Shown here: positions 1 through 11,100 of the stretch, one piece after another
Layout: each line of letters opens with the position of its first letter
How positions within the stretch are numbered: position 1 is the stretch's first letter
DNA from: Spirochaetia bacterium
Lineage (GTDB): Bacteria; Spirochaetota; Spirochaetia; UBA9216
Assembly: GCA_963677925.2 (NCBI GenBank)
Contig: CAXXYH010000004.1
Coordinates: 544,001-608,000, forward strand
Reading direction: 5' to 3'
Length of the DNA stretch: 64,000 nucleotides
The notes under the pieces: model-generated
What the model was told of the DNA's origin: nothing
The model's input: the letters and a program-made list of their open reading frames with translations, nothing else
The model's database searches: none
Made by a program: the position numbers and the translations under genes

Positions 1-549
1 GCCCGGATTCTTTACAAAGAGCCTTAACAGTTCAAATTCCTTAACTGTCAGATCAAGCTCAACACCCTTCATCATTGTTTTATGCTTGTTAAAGTCCACG
101 GTTAAATCGCCGATCTGTACAAGGTCTCTGTTTTCATCCGCTTCTTTGCAGGCTTTTCCCGATCCAGCGGCAGAGCGTCTGAGAAGCGCTTTAACCCTTG
201 CCTTTAATTCCCGAACGCTGAAAGGCTTTGTCATATAGTCATCAGCACCAAGCTCAAGTCCAAGCACCCGATCTATTTCTTCAGCCTTTGCGGTCAGCAT
301 CATTACCGGAATGTATGGATCAGTTTCCCTCAGTTTTCTGCAGACTGTGATACCGTCCATGCCGGGCAGCATAATATCAAGAATTACAAGATCAAAACCT
401 CCCCGTGATGCCTGTTTCAAACCGGTTTCCCCGTTATAAACCTGAAGGGTTTCAAGACCCATATCCTTCAGATTCATTGAAACAAGGTCGGATATTTCGC
501 GATCATCCTCAATTATTACCACTCTGCTGTTTTCTGCTGAAACCGTCAT
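1..549 (-). CDS. OmpR/PhoB-family response regulator (3' end runs off the window)
   Basis: Not in the ORF track. Manual translation from ATG at 549 gives MTVSAENSRVVIIEDD...FDLVILDIMLPGMDG...MLTAK...GADDYMTKPFS...LTVKEFELL, a receiver domain plus the start of a winged helix. Confidence 0.93.
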   Translation of the reverse strand, partial: MTVSAENSRVVIIEDDREISDLVSMNLKDMGLETLQVYNGETGLKQASRGGFDLVILDIMLPGMDGITVCRKLRETDPYIPVMMLTAKAEEIDRVLGLELGADDYMTKPFSVRELKARVKALLRRSAAGSGKACKEADENRDLVQIGDLTVDFNKHKTMMKGVELDLTVKEFELLRLFVKNPG

Positions 550-665
550 AATAATCCTTACTATTAATATAAGGCTTAATGGCCGGAAATGAAAAGGATT
601 TTTACTTTCCAACCTCCGCCTTTATGCTTACCTTTTTACTAAGTTAAAATAATCCGGAGGCTTTA

Positions 666-2744
666 ATGGCGTCAGAAAACCATAAATATACGAACAGTCT
701 GATAAACGAGAGCAGTCCCTACCTGCTGCAGCATGCACATAATCCTGTGAACTGGTATGCCTGGGGTGATGACGCCTTTTCTAAAGCAGTTACCGAAAAT
801 AAACTGATTTTTCTGTCTATCGGGTACTCAACCTGCCACTGGTGTCATGTAATGGAGCATGAGTCGTTTGAGGATGAAGAAGTCGCCGGGGTAATGAACG
901 AATCATATGTTTCAATCAAGGTGGACAGGGAGGAACGGCCCGATCTGGATGCGGTTTTTATGGATACGGCGATGATGATCACCGGAAACGGAGGCTGGCC
1001 GCTTAATCTGATACTTACACCGGAAGGGAAGCCATTTTTTACCGCTACATATATACGGAAGGCCGGCAATTCCTATTCAATGGGGATGATGGAACTGCTG
1101 CCGCATATTGAGAATTTGTGGCGTAAAGAGCCGCAGAAACTTATTGATGCATCTGAACAGATTCTAAAGGCTCTGAATGAAGGGAATGCGGGCTCTGTTT
1201 CTGCCGGGGCTGATCTGCCTTCCGGAGAAGTGCTGGTCCGTATAAGGAAGGCTGCAGGAGCGCATTTCAAAGAGATTTATGATAAGGATTTCGGCGGTTT
1301 TAACAGTCAGCCCAAGTTTCCCCAGCCTCAGAACCTTCTTCTTCTCATGCGGGAGTTCCGTTCATCAGGGGACTCTGGGCTGCTGGAAATGGCGGAAAAT
1401 ACCCTGCGGCAGATGAGAGCCGGCGGAATATATGATCATATAGGGTTCGGATTCCACCGCTACTCAACCGACAGTAAATGGCTTCTGCCCCACTTTGAAA
1501 AGATGCTTTATGATCAGGCAATGCTGATACTTGCCTATACCGAAGCATTCCAGCTTACGGCCAGGCCGGAATACAGAAAAACGGCTGAGGAGATCATTGA
1601 GTATGTCCTTCGTGACATGCGCTCGGAGAAAGGGGCTTTTTATTCGGCTGAGGATGCAGACAGTGAAGGCCGGGAAGGCAAATTCTATGTCTGGGAATAT
1701 GATGATTTTACCTCTTTTCTGAACAGCAGAGGGTTCGACGGAGCCGCATGGGCTGCATATTTCAGTCTTGAGCCTGAAGGCAACTTTGCCGACGAGGCAA
1801 GCCGGACTAAGAGCGGAGAAAATATTCTGCATATCAAACCCGGCGGCCTTTCACCTGAAGATGCGGATGCAGTCAGAGAGCTGCTTTTCCGGGAAAGGGA
1901 AAAGTGCATCCGCCCTCACCGGGATGATAAAATACTGACAGACTGGAACGGACTGATGATCACTGCTCTCGCAAAGGCCGGATGGACTTTCGGACGGAAG
2001 GAATATGTCGAGGCCGCCGGAGCCGCAGCAGGTTTCATTCTGGAAACAATGCAGATGGAGGACGGAGCCCTTCTTCATTCTTTCCGGAATGGAAAAAAGC
2101 ACACCCGGGGTATGATAGATGATTATGCTTTTTTGATTCGGGGACTGCTTGAATTGTACAGGGCGGATTTTGATCCGGCTTATATTAAAAAGGCTGTAAG
2201 TCTGGCGGAGTACACAAGGAGTCAATTTGAAGACAAAGAATATGGAGGTTTTTTTCAATCTGATATAAAGCAGACTGATATCCTCATAAGAAAAAAGAGT
2301 CTGATGGATAATGCAATACCATCGGGCAATTCTGTAATGTATGAGAATCTGATGCAGCTGTTTAAAATCACAGCAGAAACTTCTTGGAGAGATTCGGCGG
2401 ACGCAATCCTCCGGACTGTTTCAGCCGACCTTGAAAAATATCCCTCGGCCTTTGCCATGCTTTTATCGGCATTTGATTATGCGGGAAGTTCAGGCAGGGA
2501 AATCCTTGTTGCCGGAACCATGCAGGATTCTGATAAGTTTATCGCGGTCATCAACCGGTATTTTCTGCCTGGCTCAGTTGTCCTTTTAAAGACCGCAGAG
2601 AATTCATCCGGGCTTTCAGATACGGCAGGTTACACCGATGGCTACAGTCTGCCTGATGATTCTGCCGCAGTATATATCTGTACTGATTTTACCTGCAGTA
2701 AGCCTCTGAATAATACTGATGATTTAATTCAGGTTCTGAAATAG
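666..2744 (+). CDS. Thioredoxin-domain protein, YyaL/DUF255 (SPATA20-like)
   Basis: [54 protein letters not shown] motifs; GGAGG SD upstream. Confidence 0.93.
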   Translation: MASENHKYTNSLINESSPYLLQHAHNPVNWYAWGDDAFSKAVTENKLIFLSIGYSTCHWCHVMEHESFEDEEVAGVMNESYVSIKVDREERPDLDAVFMDTAMMITGNGGWPLNLILTPEGKPFFTATYIRKAGNSYSMGMMELLPHIENLWRKEPQKLIDASEQILKALNEGNAGSVSAGADLPSGEVLVRIRKAAGAHFKEIYDKDFGGFNSQPKFPQPQNLLLLMREFRSSGDSGLLEMAENTLRQMRAGGIYDHIGFGFHRYSTDSKWLLPHFEKMLYDQAMLILAYTEAFQLTARPEYRKTAEEIIEYVLRDMRSEKGAFYSAEDADSEGREGKFYVWEYDDFTSFLNSRGFDGAAWAAYFSLEPEGNFADEASRTKSGENILHIKPGGLSPEDADAVRELLFREREKCIRPHRDDKILTDWNGLMITALAKAGWTFGRKEYVEAAGAAAGFILETMQMEDGALLHSFRNGKKHTRGMIDDYAFLIRGLLELYRADFDPAYIKKAVSLAEYTRSQFEDKEYGGFFQSDIKQTDILIRKKSLMDNAIPSGNSVMYENLMQLFKITAETSWRDSADAILRTVSADLEKYPSAFAMLLSAFDYAGSSGREILVAGTMQDSDKFIAVINRYFLPGSVVLLKTAENSSGLSDTAGYTDGYSLPDDSAAVYICTDFTCSKPLNNTDDLIQVLK

Positions 2745-2800
2745 ACAGAGATCTCCTTACAGAGAGAATTCATCGAATTTCACAACATCGGAACGCAGAA

Positions 2801-3226
2801 CTACTTAAAAAAGGAATCCGCCTTTGCCCTCCATGAAAGTTCCTCCTGGTCCTCTGTTTCGTCCAGAACAAGTCCGTGCTCCACCGATTCGTTTGAACCG
2901 GGTTTAACCGAGACAAAGGTTGTATAGCCTTCTGCTTTCAGCTCTCCGGTTTTCTCTGAAATTAAACCAACTCTAATAGTCATGCTTTTACTTCCTGTCC
3001 GAACTACAGTGCTTCTGAAACTTATGATTTCTCCGGGCTCTACTGATTTGTCAAAGCTGAACTGATGCGTATTTTTGTATAATAGACCATGCCCGTCCCC
3101 GTATTCGAGTGAAACCGCAATGAAGGATGCCTCTATCATCCATTCTATGGCTCTTCCGGCATAAAGATTAGTATGGTGATTAAGGTCTTCCATTTTTACC
3201 ATATGTGCTGCTGTATAATTCTTCAT
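2801..3226 (-). CDS. Hotdog-fold acyl-CoA thioesterase
   Basis: DLNHHTNLYAG motif, VVRTGSKSM, TTFVSV; 141 aa. Confidence 0.85.
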   Translation of the reverse strand: MKNYTAAHMVKMEDLNHHTNLYAGRAIEWMIEASFIAVSLEYGDGHGLLYKNTHQFSFDKSVEPGEIISFRSTVVRTGSKSMTIRVGLISEKTGELKAEGYTTFVSVKPGSNESVEHGLVLDETEDQEELSWRAKADSFFK

Positions 3227-3250
3227 TCTGTATGACTCCGTGATGTAAAT

Positions 3251-4489
3251 TTAAAAATTCAAAGTAGCCAGATAATCTTCCGGGGTTTCCGCCCTGCGGA
3301 TTAATTCATGGCTTCCGTCTTCCTTAAAAAGAATTTCTGCGCTTCTTAGTTTTCCGTTATAGTTATATCCCATTGAAAATCCGTGGGCTCCGGTGTCATG
3401 GATATAAATCAGATCACCGCGTTTAATTTCGGGAAGCATTCTGTCTATTGCAAATTTATCATTGTTTTCACAGAGTCCGCCTGTGACATCATAAAGATGA
3501 TCCTTTTCTTCTGCTTCCTTACCCATAACTGTTATATGATGATAAGCACCGTACATAGCAGGTCTCAGCAGGTTGGCAGCGCTTGCATCCACCCCTATAT
3601 AATTTTTGTGGATTTTTTTCTCATGTACTGCTGTAGTAATCAGTGCTCCATGCGGGCCCAGCATAAACCTTCCAAGCTCGGTATATAGATCGATGTCTCC
3701 GTAACCCGAATCTATAAGAACTTCATCATAGTGTTTTTTTATAAGGTTTCCAATTTCAAAAATGTCGATGCCCTCTTCCTCCGGTAAATATGGAATCCCG
3801 ATACCTCCGGATAAATTGATAAACCTGACTCTGACTCCTGTATCCTTCTGCAGACTGACGGCTGTTTCAAAAAGAAGCTTTGAAAGCGCAGGATAGTAAA
3901 CAGTATTTAAAGTATTGCTTGCCAGAAAAGCGTGCAGACCGAAATCATTGACACCCTTATTTCTCAGTATCTTAAAACCCTCAACAAGCTGATCGTAGGT
4001 AAATCCGTATTTGGCATCTGAAGGGCTGTCCATAATATCATTGCTGCTTGTAAAAGAGTTTCCAGGATTGTAGCGGCAGCAGACAGTCTCCGGGATTCCC
4101 GCAGCCTTTTCAAGAAAATCAATATGGCTGATATCGTCCAGATTGATGACAGCACCAAGATCCGCCGCATATCTGTAGTCTTTTGCAGGAGTAACATTGG
4201 ATGAGAACATTATACTGCTGCCGGAGAATCCGGAGCGTTCGGACAGCATCAGCTCCGTGTAGGATGAGCAGTCAACCCCGCAGCCTTCATCTTTAAGTAT
4301 TTTAAGTATTGCCGGATTCGGTGTCGCTTTAACTGCAAAATATTCCCTGAAGCCTCTATTCCAGGAGAAGGCCTTATTCAAATTACGTGCTGTTTCACGG
4401 ATGCCCTTTTCATCATAAAGATGAAAGGGTGTAGGATTATTCCTGATTATCTGCTCAAGCTGAGCTTTTGTAAGAAATGTTTTTTTCAT
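3251..4489 (-). CDS. lysA: Diaminopimelate decarboxylase
   Basis: PTPFHLYDE, FAVKATPN (PLP lysine), NLSGGIG, ELGR, GGLCENND, GAHGFSMGYNYN. Confidence 0.92.
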   Translation of the reverse strand: MKKTFLTKAQLEQIIRNNPTPFHLYDEKGIRETARNLNKAFSWNRGFREYFAVKATPNPAILKILKDEGCGVDCSSYTELMLSERSGFSGSSIMFSSNVTPAKDYRYAADLGAVINLDDISHIDFLEKAAGIPETVCCRYNPGNSFTSSNDIMDSPSDAKYGFTYDQLVEGFKILRNKGVNDFGLHAFLASNTLNTVYYPALSKLLFETAVSLQKDTGVRVRFINLSGGIGIPYLPEEEGIDIFEIGNLIKKHYDEVLIDSGYGDIDLYTELGRFMLGPHGALITTAVHEKKIHKNYIGVDASAANLLRPAMYGAYHHITVMGKEAEEKDHLYDVTGGLCENNDKFAIDRMLPEIKRGDLIYIHDTGAHGFSMGYNYNGKLRSAEILFKEDGSHELIRRAETPEDYLATLNF

Positions 4490-5181
4490 TTATTTTCTCC
4501 CCTGATTTTTATCAGTTCTATTTCATTTGTAAGTGAATCTTTCAGCAGTTCCACAAGATTCTTTTTCTTTGAGTATAAACAGGTAGATGTTGACTCTTTG
4601 ATATCACCTGTCATTACCTTCGCGGAGTCTGTAATTAGACGGATTTCCTCCAGTTTTTTTTCTGTCAGATATATTGTTGCTCCCGGCAGAATGACTTCGC
4701 CGTTAGTAATGATTACTACCTTGAGGTTATTTTTAATTGATGTCAGCAGGTGTTCTTCAAGCTCCTCTATGACTGACTTATGCATTGAAAGGTAGATTCG
4801 TTTTTCCGCATTTGCAATCATTGCAATCATTTGATCAATAATGTTGTCTTTTCCCTGAATTGTTAGATAGCCCTGATATTCGGCTTTTCTCCCGGGCATT
4901 TCTTTACTTATCTTTTCAGATGTTTTTTGCATTCTTCTGATTTTATTGGAACAGAAGTCCTCTACAGGAACCGGAGAGTACAGTTTTTTTTCACCTTCAA
5001 TAAGATTTGCAGCACCTTTTTCTGTCAGGTTTGCCAGGGCTGTGTAAGCATTTGAGCGTGAAATTCCTGTAAGTTTTGATACTTCATAGCCTGTAAGCAC
5101 TCCCTCTGTATGCAAAGTTATATAAATTGTTGCTTCCTGACTTGTTAAGCCGAATTGATTGAACCATTTGATCAACTGCAT
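4486..5181 (-). CDS. TrmB-family transcriptional regulator
   Basis: FGLTSQEATIY...TGYEVSKLTGISRSNAYTALANL..KG wHTH; stop overlaps the lysA start by 4 nt. Confidence 0.88.
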   Translation of the reverse strand: MQLIKWFNQFGLTSQEATIYITLHTEGVLTGYEVSKLTGISRSNAYTALANLTEKGAANLIEGEKKLYSPVPVEDFCSNKIRRMQKTSEKISKEMPGRKAEYQGYLTIQGKDNIIDQMIAMIANAEKRIYLSMHKSVIEELEEHLLTSIKNNLKVVIITNGEVILPGATIYLTEKKLEEIRLITDSAKVMTGDIKESTSTCLYSKKKNLVELLKDSLTNEIELIKIRGENK

Positions 5182-5200
5182 TATAGAATTTCTCCCCTTT

Positions 5201-5249
5201 TAGTGTTCCTGATAAGGACAACTATAATAGTATAAAGTTCATTTGTCAA
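5201..5249 (-). promoter_or_regulatory. Sigma70-like promoter with overlapping imperfect palindrome (candidate TrmB operator)
   Basis: Minus strand TTGACA-N17-TATAGT (5249-5221); palindrome TAGTGTTCCTGATAAGGACAACTA at 5201-5224. Confidence 0.6.
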
Positions 5250-5351
5250 TTGACTTTATAGGTAATCTCAAATACGCCGAAAATTGAAAGATATCTACAT
5301 GAAATATTATATTATCAGTGATAATTAATAATAGGATAGCATGGAGAAAGA

Positions 5352-6896
5352 TTGAAATATTTACTACTGATTATTTTTATTGCTGTTTCCGGAACCGCCT
5401 ATCCTCAGGATTTCTACCATGAAGAGGAACAGGAAATTCAGAATCTTTATTCTATTTATCTTGGTGTTACCGATACCGCGGAACAGTTTATCAATGGACA
5501 TCCTGATAAAGCTCTTGAGATACTTTCTGATTTACCTGAAAAAATCAGTAATCTGTCAAATGAACTACCAAAACTTCTAATCGAGATAGAGGAGGAAAGC
5601 AGGGAGACGCGTATTCCGGAGTTTCAGGTTGTAGCGGGCAATCTTAACGATATTCTGTCGGATTTGGATAAACTTACCGAACGTGTTGATGAATTAACTG
5701 ATATAGCCCGTGAAAAGGTTTTCAGCTCTTACAGATTCCGTCAGGAAGGAGAGAGGCGGCTTGATGAGACCAGAACCCTGATTCGGCAGGAGAATTATTC
5801 CGCAGCAAAAATAAAGCTGGAACAGGCTTCTCAGCGTTTTGAACAGGCTCTTGCTCTGCTTGAGGATCCCTCTTTTAGAATAGTATCAGAAAATGAAGTG
5901 TCGGCTCTTTCTCTGCAGATTCATTCCGGAGAAAATTCACTTGTTGTCCAGGAAGTAAGGCAGTCTCTTATAAAAGCAAGAAGACTGTATCTACAGTCTG
6001 ATTTTGCATCTGCTAACGATGTTTTAGTCCGGGCAAGAATACGATGGGCTGATACAAACTCAGAGCCCAATCCTGAGGTTGAATACTGGCTTGAACTGTC
6101 GGGCTCTGCCATCTCAGTTAATTCAAAACGTGTGATATCTGAGACCGATCCTTTGTATTCGGAAATGAACCAGTATTTGAGCAAGGCTCAGACTGATTTT
6201 CTAAAAGCTAAAGAATTACTGGAAGCCGGTAATAAAACTGAAGCTGAAAAATATTTTGAATCGACAGAGCAGAGTATTCTTCGTGTGCAGCAGTTCTACC
6301 CGCTTAATGAAACTGCCAGAATTTTAAGTTTCCAAATCAGTCAATACAGGGATCCGGAAGCTTTTAAAGAAGTTTTCAAGATTAATGTTCAGAATGCTAT
6401 GAGCCTTTTGAAAACAAATCCTCAAAAAGCCTATATTGATCTAAAAGCTCTTGAGAGTATCGACCCGGATTTTTCGGGTCTGCAGGCTGCTATTCTTGAA
6501 GCTGAATATGCTTCTGGTCTAAGGGTAAAACCGCCTGATACAGAGAAACTCAACAAGAGCAGAGAGCTTTTCGAAAAAGCCTACGCTATAATAAGCAGAA
6601 ATGTGAAATCAGAATACGGTGTAGCCCTTGTTTATCTGGATGAAGCAATCAGGCTGAATCCTGAAAATTCTGAAGCAGTAGTATTGAAAGACAGAATTTC
6701 GGCTGAAACAAACGGAACTGCCGGGGATGTTCTTTCTGCATCCGATCAGCAGCTTTATCTGGATGCAGTTAATGAATTTGCAGCCGGAAATTATCTGAAG
6801 GCAAGGATTATTGTTGAAACCCTTTTGAAAAATCCAGATAACCGGAACAATACCAAGCTGCTTCAGCTTCAAAATCGAATTGAAAAAACCCGTTAG
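5352..6896 (+). CDS. Secreted alpha-helical/TPR-like hypothetical protein
   Basis: Signal peptide MKYLLLIIFIAVSGTAY; repeated TPR-like helices (LDEAIRLNPENSEA). Resembles the C-terminal part of large spirochaete TPR proteins (from memory). Confidence 0.65.
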   Translation: MKYLLLIIFIAVSGTAYPQDFYHEEEQEIQNLYSIYLGVTDTAEQFINGHPDKALEILSDLPEKISNLSNELPKLLIEIEEESRETRIPEFQVVAGNLNDILSDLDKLTERVDELTDIAREKVFSSYRFRQEGERRLDETRTLIRQENYSAAKIKLEQASQRFEQALALLEDPSFRIVSENEVSALSLQIHSGENSLVVQEVRQSLIKARRLYLQSDFASANDVLVRARIRWADTNSEPNPEVEYWLELSGSAISVNSKRVISETDPLYSEMNQYLSKAQTDFLKAKELLEAGNKTEAEKYFESTEQSILRVQQFYPLNETARILSFQISQYRDPEAFKEVFKINVQNAMSLLKTNPQKAYIDLKALESIDPDFSGLQAAILEAEYASGLRVKPPDTEKLNKSRELFEKAYAIISRNVKSEYGVALVYLDEAIRLNPENSEAVVLKDRISAETNGTAGDVLSASDQQLYLDAVNEFAAGNYLKARIIVETLLKNPDNRNNTKLLQLQNRIEKTR

Positions 6897-6993
6897 CCGG
6901 TGTTATCACTGCGTCTTATCGGCTATAACAACATCTGCAATTAACTTGAAAATCCGGTATTTAATGAATTACGATTAAAGTACGGAGGAGTTA

Positions 6994-7881
6994 ATGGCCG
7001 TTATCGAATTACATGAATTAACGAAATATTATGGAAAGACCAGAGGCATTGAAAATGTAGATCTTACAGTTGAGGAAGGTGAGATCTTTGGTTTTATAGG
7101 ACCCAACGGTGCTGGTAAATCAACAACAATCAGAACTATGCTCGGCCTCATCTTCCCGACAAGCGGAAGAATTAAAATTTTCGGTGAAGATGCTCTTGCC
7201 AGGGGAGCGGAATTACGGAAGCGTATAGGATACCTGCCTTCGGAAGTCTTCTATTACGATAAAATGAGGGTTCTTGATTTGCTTAACTATTCGGCTAGTT
7301 TCTATGATCATAACTGCAGTGAACGTCTGCATGAACTTGCCGATCTGATGGAGCTTGATTTAAAACGAAGAATAGAAGATCTGTCCTATGGAAACAAGAA
7401 AAAAGTCGGGATAGTTCAGGGACTTTTACACAGCCCTGATCTGATAATGCTTGACGAGCCGACCAGCGGGCTTGATCCTCTGATGCAGCAGAAATTCTTT
7501 GATATTATTCAGGCTGAAAATATGAAGGGCTCAACTGTATTCTTCTCATCCCATATCCTGTCCGAAGTTCAGGAGTTATGCAACAGGGTTGCCATCATCC
7601 GTGATGGTTCAATAATTAAGGTTGAGGATATAAAAACCCTGCGCACTGATCATTACAAAAAGATCAGGATTAAAGGTAATGCTCTGGATTCTTCATCATT
7701 TAATGCAGAAGGCGTGATAAATATGGAATGCAGAGATAATGAATTAAGTTTTTTCTTTAAGGGAGATATGAACCGACTCATTCATATGATAAGTGCACAG
7801 AAGATTCAGGATGTACACATTGAGGAACCGACTCTTGAGGAAATCTTTATTCATTATTATGAACAGGAGAAGTCTGAATGA
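6994..7881 (+). CDS. ABC-2 type exporter ATP-binding protein
   Basis: GPNGAGKST, LSYGNKKK, LDEPTSGLDP, SSH. Confidence 0.93.
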   Translation: MAVIELHELTKYYGKTRGIENVDLTVEEGEIFGFIGPNGAGKSTTIRTMLGLIFPTSGRIKIFGEDALARGAELRKRIGYLPSEVFYYDKMRVLDLLNYSASFYDHNCSERLHELADLMELDLKRRIEDLSYGNKKKVGIVQGLLHSPDLIMLDEPTSGLDPLMQQKFFDIIQAENMKGSTVFFSSHILSEVQELCNRVAIIRDGSIIKVEDIKTLRTDHYKKIRIKGNALDSSSFNAEGVINMECRDNELSFFFKGDMNRLIHMISAQKIQDVHIEEPTLEEIFIHYYEQEKSE

Positions 7882-8681
7882 ATATTTTCCTGTATGAGCT
7901 GAAAACCTACCGAATCTCCCTTATATTCTGGAGCCTTGGGATATTGGGGCTGATGGCTATGTTTATGATGATCTATCCTTCATTCGCTGCAGATACAGAG
8001 CTGATGGATAAGATGCTTGCCAATTATCCGGAGGCTATGCTCAAGGCTTTCGGAATGGATGCAGAACTTCCTCTGTCATCAATTCCGGGGTACTTTACTT
8101 TTACCTTTGCATTTATCCAGCTCGTTCTGGCTATCCAGAGTGCTAATTACGGTTTTCATTTTCTTTCTGTTGAGGAACGCGAGCTTACTGCAGATTTTCT
8201 TCTTTCGAAGCCAATCTCAAGAAGCAGAATTCTGTCTGCAAAGCTATGTGCAGTTGTTTTGGGTTTGATTATCATCAATGCGGTGGTCTGGGCAGCCAGT
8301 TATGGGTTCATTGAACTTTTTAGTGACGGTCATTCCTATAACCCGGAGAACATTGCTGTTCTGCTTGCTTCAGTTCCGGTTTTTCAATTATTTTTTATTG
8401 GAGTAGGTGCGGTTCTTTCTGCTGCTCTGAAAAAAATACGGAGTGTCCTGGCCTTTTCAATGGCACTTGCATTCGGTACATATATTATGAATGCTCTGAG
8501 GAATATTGCGGGAGGAACTGTTCTCGGCCTTCTAACCCCGTTCTACCATTTTGATCCGGTGTATATACTTAAAAATGGATCCTGGAATATGCAGACGGCG
8601 ATGATAAGTATTTCCATAATTGTCGTTACTGTAATAGGCGCATATGTGCTGTACCTGAAAAAAGATATCCATTCACTTTAG
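7878..8681 (+). CDS. ABC-2 type exporter permease
   Basis: About 6 TM segments; EERELTADFLLSKPISR motif; overlaps the ATPase stop. Confidence 0.88.
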   Translation: MNIFLYELKTYRISLIFWSLGILGLMAMFMMIYPSFAADTELMDKMLANYPEAMLKAFGMDAELPLSSIPGYFTFTFAFIQLVLAIQSANYGFHFLSVEERELTADFLLSKPISRSRILSAKLCAVVLGLIIINAVVWAASYGFIELFSDGHSYNPENIAVLLASVPVFQLFFIGVGAVLSAALKKIRSVLAFSMALAFGTYIMNALRNIAGGTVLGLLTPFYHFDPVYILKNGSWNMQTAMISISIIVVTVIGAYVLYLKKDIHSL

Positions 8682-8690
8682 GAGGCTCAG

Positions 8691-9485
8691 ATGAATATTT
8701 ATCTGCGTGAATTACGCGCCAATCTGAAATCATTGCTCATCTGGAGCACGATAATGATCGTAATTATTTTTATGATGATGTCTGAATTCGAGGCTTATTA
8801 CAATAATCCGGAAATGATGAGTATTCTTGATGCAATGCCTGAATCTTTGATGAAAGCATTTTCATTTTCTGGAGTAAATATAACAACTCTTTCCGGATTT
8901 TTGAGTATGGCATCAATTTACTTTTACCTGATGCTGACTGTATTTGCTTCTCTGCTGGGAAATTCGATAATTTCGAAAGAAGAACGTGATAAAACAGCTG
9001 AGTTTCTTATGACTATGCCTATCTCCAGGCCCCATATGCTTACGGCAAAAATTTTTGCAGCGATAACATATAATCTGATTTTAAATTTGATTACATTTGG
9101 AACTGTTCTGATTGCTTCATTAAAATATGATCCGGATTCTGAATTTCTAAAATTTTCATTATTAATGATGTCTGCTGTATTTTTATTACAGCTTGTTTTT
9201 TCGAGTATGGGTATGCTTTTTGCGTCTGTTCTTAAAAATCCCAGAAAAAGCGGAACGATAGCAATTGTTGTCCTGTTAATTATGTATGTTTTTTCCATAG
9301 CCGTTTCTCTAAGCGATTCCATCGAATTTATTAAGTTTGCATCACCCTATACTTATTTTGAACCGAATTATCTTCTTGTTAATGATCGTTTGAACAATTT
9401 GAATATAATCCTGTCGGCTGGTTTTATCTTGACTGGTGTTATCGTTACATATACTTTTTATCCCAAAAGAGATTTACAAATTTAA
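8691..9485 (+). CDS. ABC-2 type exporter permease (paralogue)
   Basis: About 6 TM segments; KEERDKTAEFLMTMPISR motif. Confidence 0.88.
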   Translation: MNIYLRELRANLKSLLIWSTIMIVIIFMMMSEFEAYYNNPEMMSILDAMPESLMKAFSFSGVNITTLSGFLSMASIYFYLMLTVFASLLGNSIISKEERDKTAEFLMTMPISRPHMLTAKIFAAITYNLILNLITFGTVLIASLKYDPDSEFLKFSLLMMSAVFLLQLVFSSMGMLFASVLKNPRKSGTIAIVVLLIMYVFSIAVSLSDSIEFIKFASPYTYFEPNYLLVNDRLNNLNIILSAGFILTGVIVTYTFYPKRDLQI

Positions 9486-9498
9486 TTATCAGAACTTA

Positions 9499-10131
9499 TT
9501 ATCTTTTTAGGTATTCAATTAATCCGGAATACCTAAAAAGTCTGTACGAAATGCTCCACATAATAGCAAAAATTATTAGATTCAAAATACGCCAGGTTAT
9601 CGGTTTTCGAAAAAGCGGGGAAAGCAGTCCTGCGCCTATGGATAAGCCGAAAAACCAGATGTATGACATCGTTACAGCTCCGGCACCGAACAGGTAGCGT
9701 CCGGAACCATCGAAAGTTCCGCTGATGCTGCCGAGCAGAACAACTGTATCCAGATAAACATGGGGGTTGAGAAGTGTTAATGCCAAAGCTGTTAATGCTA
9801 CCTGTTTACGGCCTTGAATATTCTGACTGTTATCACCCATACTGCCGGAACCCCGGACTGCAGATATCAGGTTCATAAGTCCGTATATGAATAAGAAGAC
9901 TGCTCCTGCTGCTGATGTAATAGTAATCAAAAGAGGCAGTCTTTCAATAAAGCGTCCAAGTCCGGCGACGCCTGCACCTATGAGAACTGTATCGCAGAGC
10001 GCACAAATAAAAGCAACTTCCAGATGATATTGCTTTTTGATTCCCTGTGTTAATACAAAGGCATTCTGAGAGCCGATAGCAATTATCAGTCCGGCTCCGA
10101 TTCCCATTCCTGTAAAATATGGAGTAAGCAT
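9499..10131 (-). CDS. argO: LysE/ArgO-family amino-acid exporter
   Basis: LIIAIGSQNAFVL, LTLLNPHVYLDTVVLLGS; divergent from an ArgP-type regulator. Confidence 0.9.
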   Translation of the reverse strand: MLTPYFTGMGIGAGLIIAIGSQNAFVLTQGIKKQYHLEVAFICALCDTVLIGAGVAGLGRFIERLPLLITITSAAGAVFLFIYGLMNLISAVRGSGSMGDNSQNIQGRKQVALTALALTLLNPHVYLDTVVLLGSISGTFDGSGRYLFGAGAVTMSYIWFFGLSIGAGLLSPLFRKPITWRILNLIIFAIMWSISYRLFRYSGLIEYLKR

Positions 10132-10157
10132 GTGATAAGCATATAGAAAATTTACAA

Positions 10158-10201
10158 ATTAGTATAATTAATAATTTTAATATAAAATTAGTGATGTTAA
10201 T
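10158..10201. promoter_or_regulatory. Three LysR-type ATTA-N7-TAAT boxes (candidate ArgP sites)
   Basis: ATTA-N7-TAAT at 10158-10172, 10167-10181 and 10187-10201 in the argO/argP divergent spacer. The region is AT-rich, so some chance matching is possible. Confidence 0.6.
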
Positions 10202-10209
10202 ATAAACAG

Positions 10210-11100
10210 ATGATTGAATACCGTAATCTCGAGGCTCTTGCTGCAGTTGTAGAAAATAAAGGTTTTGACAAGGCCGGTGAGGCCTTAGGCATCACCCAGT
10301 CTGCCGTAACCCAGCGAATTCGTCAGCTGGAGGAACTTACAGGGCAGGTTCTGCTTATTCGAAGCCAGCCTCCGGCTGTCACCGGTGCCGGGAGCATACT
10401 TCTTGAACACTTCAGAAAGGTAAGGCTGCTTGAACAGGAACTTTCAGTACAAGCCGGTTTGACTGACTTTTCCCAACTGCCGCTTATCTCGCTTGCTGTA
10501 AATGCGGACAGTCTTGCCACCTGGTTTTCCAAGGTTGTCAGCCGATATTTTTATTTGAGCAGCGGTTATCTTGATATTAAAAGTGCCGATCAGGATGTAA
10601 CTCACAGACTGATGACAGACGGCGAGGTTATGGGATGCATTAGTTCAATGGCTGCATCTTTCAGAGGCTGCAGGAAAGATTTTCTGGGAAGCCTGGTTTA
10701 TCGTTTTGTTTCCATCCGGGATTTTTCAGCTTATCATTTCCCTGATGGTATTGACCGGGATTCTTTTAATGCAGCTCCGAAACTGAACTTCAACCGGGAT
10801 GATCAGCTTCTTGCCAACTGGGCCGGACAGTTTTTTAAAGATTCAAAAGCTTTTAATAACAGCAGTTTTGTTCCCTCTTCTGAACAGTTTCCAATAATGA
10901 TACGTGAGGGAGCTGTATGCGGAATGCTGCCTGATGAGCAGTTTAAGATGTATCAGTCTGAATATGATCTTGTTGATTTATCAATGGAAAAGCCGGTTTC
11001 AATTCCGCTTTACTGGCATCGCTGGAGTATTTCTTCTGTTGAGCTTGACGTTTTAAGCAGAATAATTCGGGAAGAGGCTGAGGTTTCGCTGACCAAATAA
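10210..11100 (+). CDS. argP: LysR-family regulator, ArgP/LysG type
   Basis: LysR HTH (FDKAGEALGITQSAVTQRIRQLE), LAVNADSLATWF, LYWHRW. Confidence 0.9.
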   Translation: MIEYRNLEALAAVVENKGFDKAGEALGITQSAVTQRIRQLEELTGQVLLIRSQPPAVTGAGSILLEHFRKVRLLEQELSVQAGLTDFSQLPLISLAVNADSLATWFSKVVSRYFYLSSGYLDIKSADQDVTHRLMTDGEVMGCISSMAASFRGCRKDFLGSLVYRFVSIRDFSAYHFPDGIDRDSFNAAPKLNFNRDDQLLANWAGQFFKDSKAFNNSSFVPSSEQFPIMIREGAVCGMLPDEQFKMYQSEYDLVDLSMEKPVSIPLYWHRWSISSVELDVLSRIIREEAEVSLTK

